Shown here: positions 61,961 through 64,000 of the stretch, piece after piece
Layout of the letters: each line of letters opens with the position of its first letter
Position numbering within the stretch: position 1 is the first letter of the stretch
From: Candidatus Poribacteria bacterium
Lineage (GTDB): Bacteria > Poribacteria > WGA-4E > UBA9662
Assembly (NCBI GenBank): GCA_036339735.1
Contig: JAYZAL010000047.1
Span: 64,001 to 128,000 of the forward strand
Direction of reading: 5' to 3'
Length of the DNA: 64,000 nucleotides
Program-made: the position numbers and the translations under genes
Notes under the pieces: generated by a model
What the model was told of the DNA's origin: nothing
Databases searched by the model: none
The model's input: the letters and a program-made list of their open reading frames with translations, nothing else

Positions 61961-62827
61961 ATGCGTCAGGCCAATCAAATCAAGCGAAAAATCTGGTCAA
62001 TTAGATCTGAAGGCGGATTTTATCAATCAGAAACTAGACTAGATTCGATTGCCATTGAAGAACCGTTAGAAATTCGATTAAAATCGGGAAATGAAGTCCG
62101 AACTGTTGCGATTACGATGCGGACACCAGGCCATGACTACGAACTGACAACGGGTTTTTTACTGAGTGAAGGTATTCTTCGGCACCGACAAGACTTTTCC
62201 GATATGCGCTATTGCCTGGATCAATCTGATACTGTTACGCAGGAATACAACCAACTAATGATTACCCTCCGTAATGGTGACCTTAGCAAACTACCACAAC
62301 TGGACAGGCATTTTTTCACTAATAGCGCTTGTGGCGTTTGTGGCCGTACAATGATCGAAGATCTACAACATCGGTCTGAGCCCTTGCCCAATGATGTTGA
62401 ATCCACATTAGCCATTTCATCTGATACCATACGATCCTTACCGGTTTCACTACGATCATCTCAAAAAATCTTCGACCGTACAGGAGGACTGCATGCTGCA
62501 GCCCTTTTTTCTGCAAATGGTGAAGTCGTAACAGTTCGGGAAGACATAGGCAGACACAATGCTCTGGATAAATTGCTTGGTTGGGGGTTTCTGAACGATC
62601 AACTACCTTTCAATAATCATATCTTGTTAGTTAGCGGTCGGGCTAGCTTTGAATTATTACAAAAATGTGCCGTTGCCAAAATCCCGATCTTTTGTGCTAT
62701 TTCTGCTCCCAGCAGTTTAGCTGTTTCACTAGCTCAACAATTTGGGATTACCTTGATTGGTTTTCTGAGAAACGAAAGATATAACATTTATACTTATCCT
62801 GAACGCATCACCAACACTAAGTCATAA
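61961..62827 (+). CDS. fdhD: Formate dehydrogenase accessory sulfurtransferase
   Basis: EEPLEI, TMRTPG, SACGVCG, TGGLHAAA, EDIGRHNALDK, SGRASFE, SAPSSLA. Confidence 0.96.
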   Translation: MRQANQIKRKIWSIRSEGGFYQSETRLDSIAIEEPLEIRLKSGNEVRTVAITMRTPGHDYELTTGFLLSEGILRHRQDFSDMRYCLDQSDTVTQEYNQLMITLRNGDLSKLPQLDRHFFTNSACGVCGRTMIEDLQHRSEPLPNDVESTLAISSDTIRSLPVSLRSSQKIFDRTGGLHAAALFSANGEVVTVREDIGRHNALDKLLGWGFLNDQLPFNNHILLVSGRASFELLQKCAVAKIPIFCAISAPSSLAVSLAQQFGITLIGFLRNERYNIYTYPERITNTKS

Positions 62828-62843
62828 AACCAGAGGAAAAAAT

Positions 62844-64000
62844 ATGGCAACAACAACCAAACCGGTGCGAGTGCGTTTCGCTCCATCTCCGACCGGATAC
62901 CTGCACATTGGAGGTGCACGTACGGCACTATTTAATTGGCTTTTTGCCAAGCGCCACAATGGCACCTTCATTTTACGCATTGATGATACTGATGAACACA
63001 GGTCAACTGAGTCATCGATGAAACAGATTTATGAATCTTTAAATTGGCTTGGATTCAACTGGGATGAGGGAGAAAAAGTTGGTGGCCCCTATGGTCCTTA
63101 TACTCAATCTGAGCGCCATTCTATTTATCAAGAGTATATTGGAAAATTAATCGAAGGTGGTAATGCCTATTATTGTTATTGTAGTCCCGATGAGTTAGCC
63201 CAAATGCGCCAACTAGCGAAAGATGAGGATCGACCAGCCCACTATAACCGAAAATGCCTTCATCTAACAAAAAAGAGCCAAAAGCTGATGGTTGAACAAG
63301 GTCGTAAGCCAGTAATTCGGTTTAAAGTGCCAGACCAGACTGTGGCTTTAGACGATCTCATTTTAGGGCGTATCGCTACTAAATCTGATACATTGCAAGA
63401 TGAAGTAATCGTCAAATCTAATGGTTCTCCACTCTATAACTTGACCTCGATCATAGACGATCACGAAATGAAAATCAGCCATGTTATCCGTGGTGCAGAT
63501 CACCTCTCTAATACACCTAAACAAGTTTTACTTGCACAAGCCCTAGAATTGGATATGCCCCACTTTGCCCATTTGCCAATGGTTTTGGGTAGTAGCAAAG
63601 GTGAAAAATTGAGTAAACGACACGGGGCGACATCGATCGAACAATATCGTAATGAAGGTTACCTTCCACAGGCCATGATCAATTTTTTAGTTAGACTAGG
63701 CTGGTCTCTCGATGATACCACCGAAATTTTTTCAGTGAGCGAATTGACTCAATTTTTCGACATTGGCCGCGTCGGAAAAAGTGGTAGCGTGTTTGACATT
63801 AAAAAACTACGATGGCTAAATGGTCACTACATAAATCAGTTAAATCTTTCTGAACGGACATCAGCAGTTATTCCCTTCTTGCAACCTTTGTGTTCGACTG
63901 ATTCAACGGAGTTGGAAATAAACCGATTAGAAGCAATTGTTTCAGTCATCGATGACCGATTAGTTACTCTGGCTGAGATTAAAGAACATGCATACCATTT
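62844..64000 (+). CDS. gltX: Glutamate--tRNA ligase (runs off the window end; absent from the ORF track)
   Basis: MATTTKPVRVRFAPSPTGYLHIGGARTALFNWL, RIDDTD, HVIRG.DH, KLSKRHG. Confidence 0.96.
   Translation, partial: MATTTKPVRVRFAPSPTGYLHIGGARTALFNWLFAKRHNGTFILRIDDTDEHRSTESSMKQIYESLNWLGFNWDEGEKVGGPYGPYTQSERHSIYQEYIGKLIEGGNAYYCYCSPDELAQMRQLAKDEDRPAHYNRKCLHLTKKSQKLMVEQGRKPVIRFKVPDQTVALDDLILGRIATKSDTLQDEVIVKSNGSPLYNLTSIIDDHEMKISHVIRGADHLSNTPKQVLLAQALELDMPHFAHLPMVLGSSKGEKLSKRHGATSIEQYRNEGYLPQAMINFLVRLGWSLDDTTEIFSVSELTQFFDIGRVGKSGSVFDIKKLRWLNGHYINQLNLSERTSAVIPFLQPLCSTDSTELEINRLEAIVSVIDDRLVTLAEIKEHAYH

Noticed and set aside
1-64000. CRISPR array, rRNA, transposase, integrase or prophage genes, and short antisense ORFs inside long genes
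   Set aside because: No repeat-spacer periodicity, rRNA signature or mobile-element motif was seen; the short nested ORFs are shadows of the real genes.

Overview
A 64-kb, AT-rich bacterial chromosomal segment. It most resembles Candidatus Poribacteria (inference from two secreted proteins ending in NYPNPFNPETWIP...SGVYFY...ILK, one ending in a V-x3-GK-x4-W-x2-IK tail, three PhyH dioxygenases, a sulfatase and many TPR proteins). Housekeeping genes are ppiD/surA-like, nadE, tsaE, serS, tRNA-Val, tRNA-Asp, hslVU, trpB2, a DEAD-box helicase, fdhD and partial gltX. Highlights: (1) a glutamine-dependent NAD+ synthetase of the eukaryotic NADSYN1/Qns1 type. (2) A minus-strand operon (27427->19674) encoding a WD40-dockerin secreted protein, a cohesin lipoprotein, a beta-helix lipoprotein, a membrane-anchored catalytically dead caspase-like/PEGA protein and a soluble diadenylate cyclase. 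(3) A second operon with a giant TPR protein, an outer-membrane barrel, ExbB-like and TonB-like genes, but no ExbD. (4) A promoter-linked, about 184-nt structured RNA candidate upstream of a TPR lipoprotein. (5) A selenocysteine formate dehydrogenase, split in the ORF track at an in-frame UGA followed by a SECIS hairpin. (6) An accessory region (about 39-50 kb) with gene debris, a truncated tandem paralog and a possible two-state RNA switch over the helicase ribosome-binding site. No CRISPR array, rRNA or intact mobile element was seen. All family calls come from motif recognition by eye; no searches or folding programs were run.
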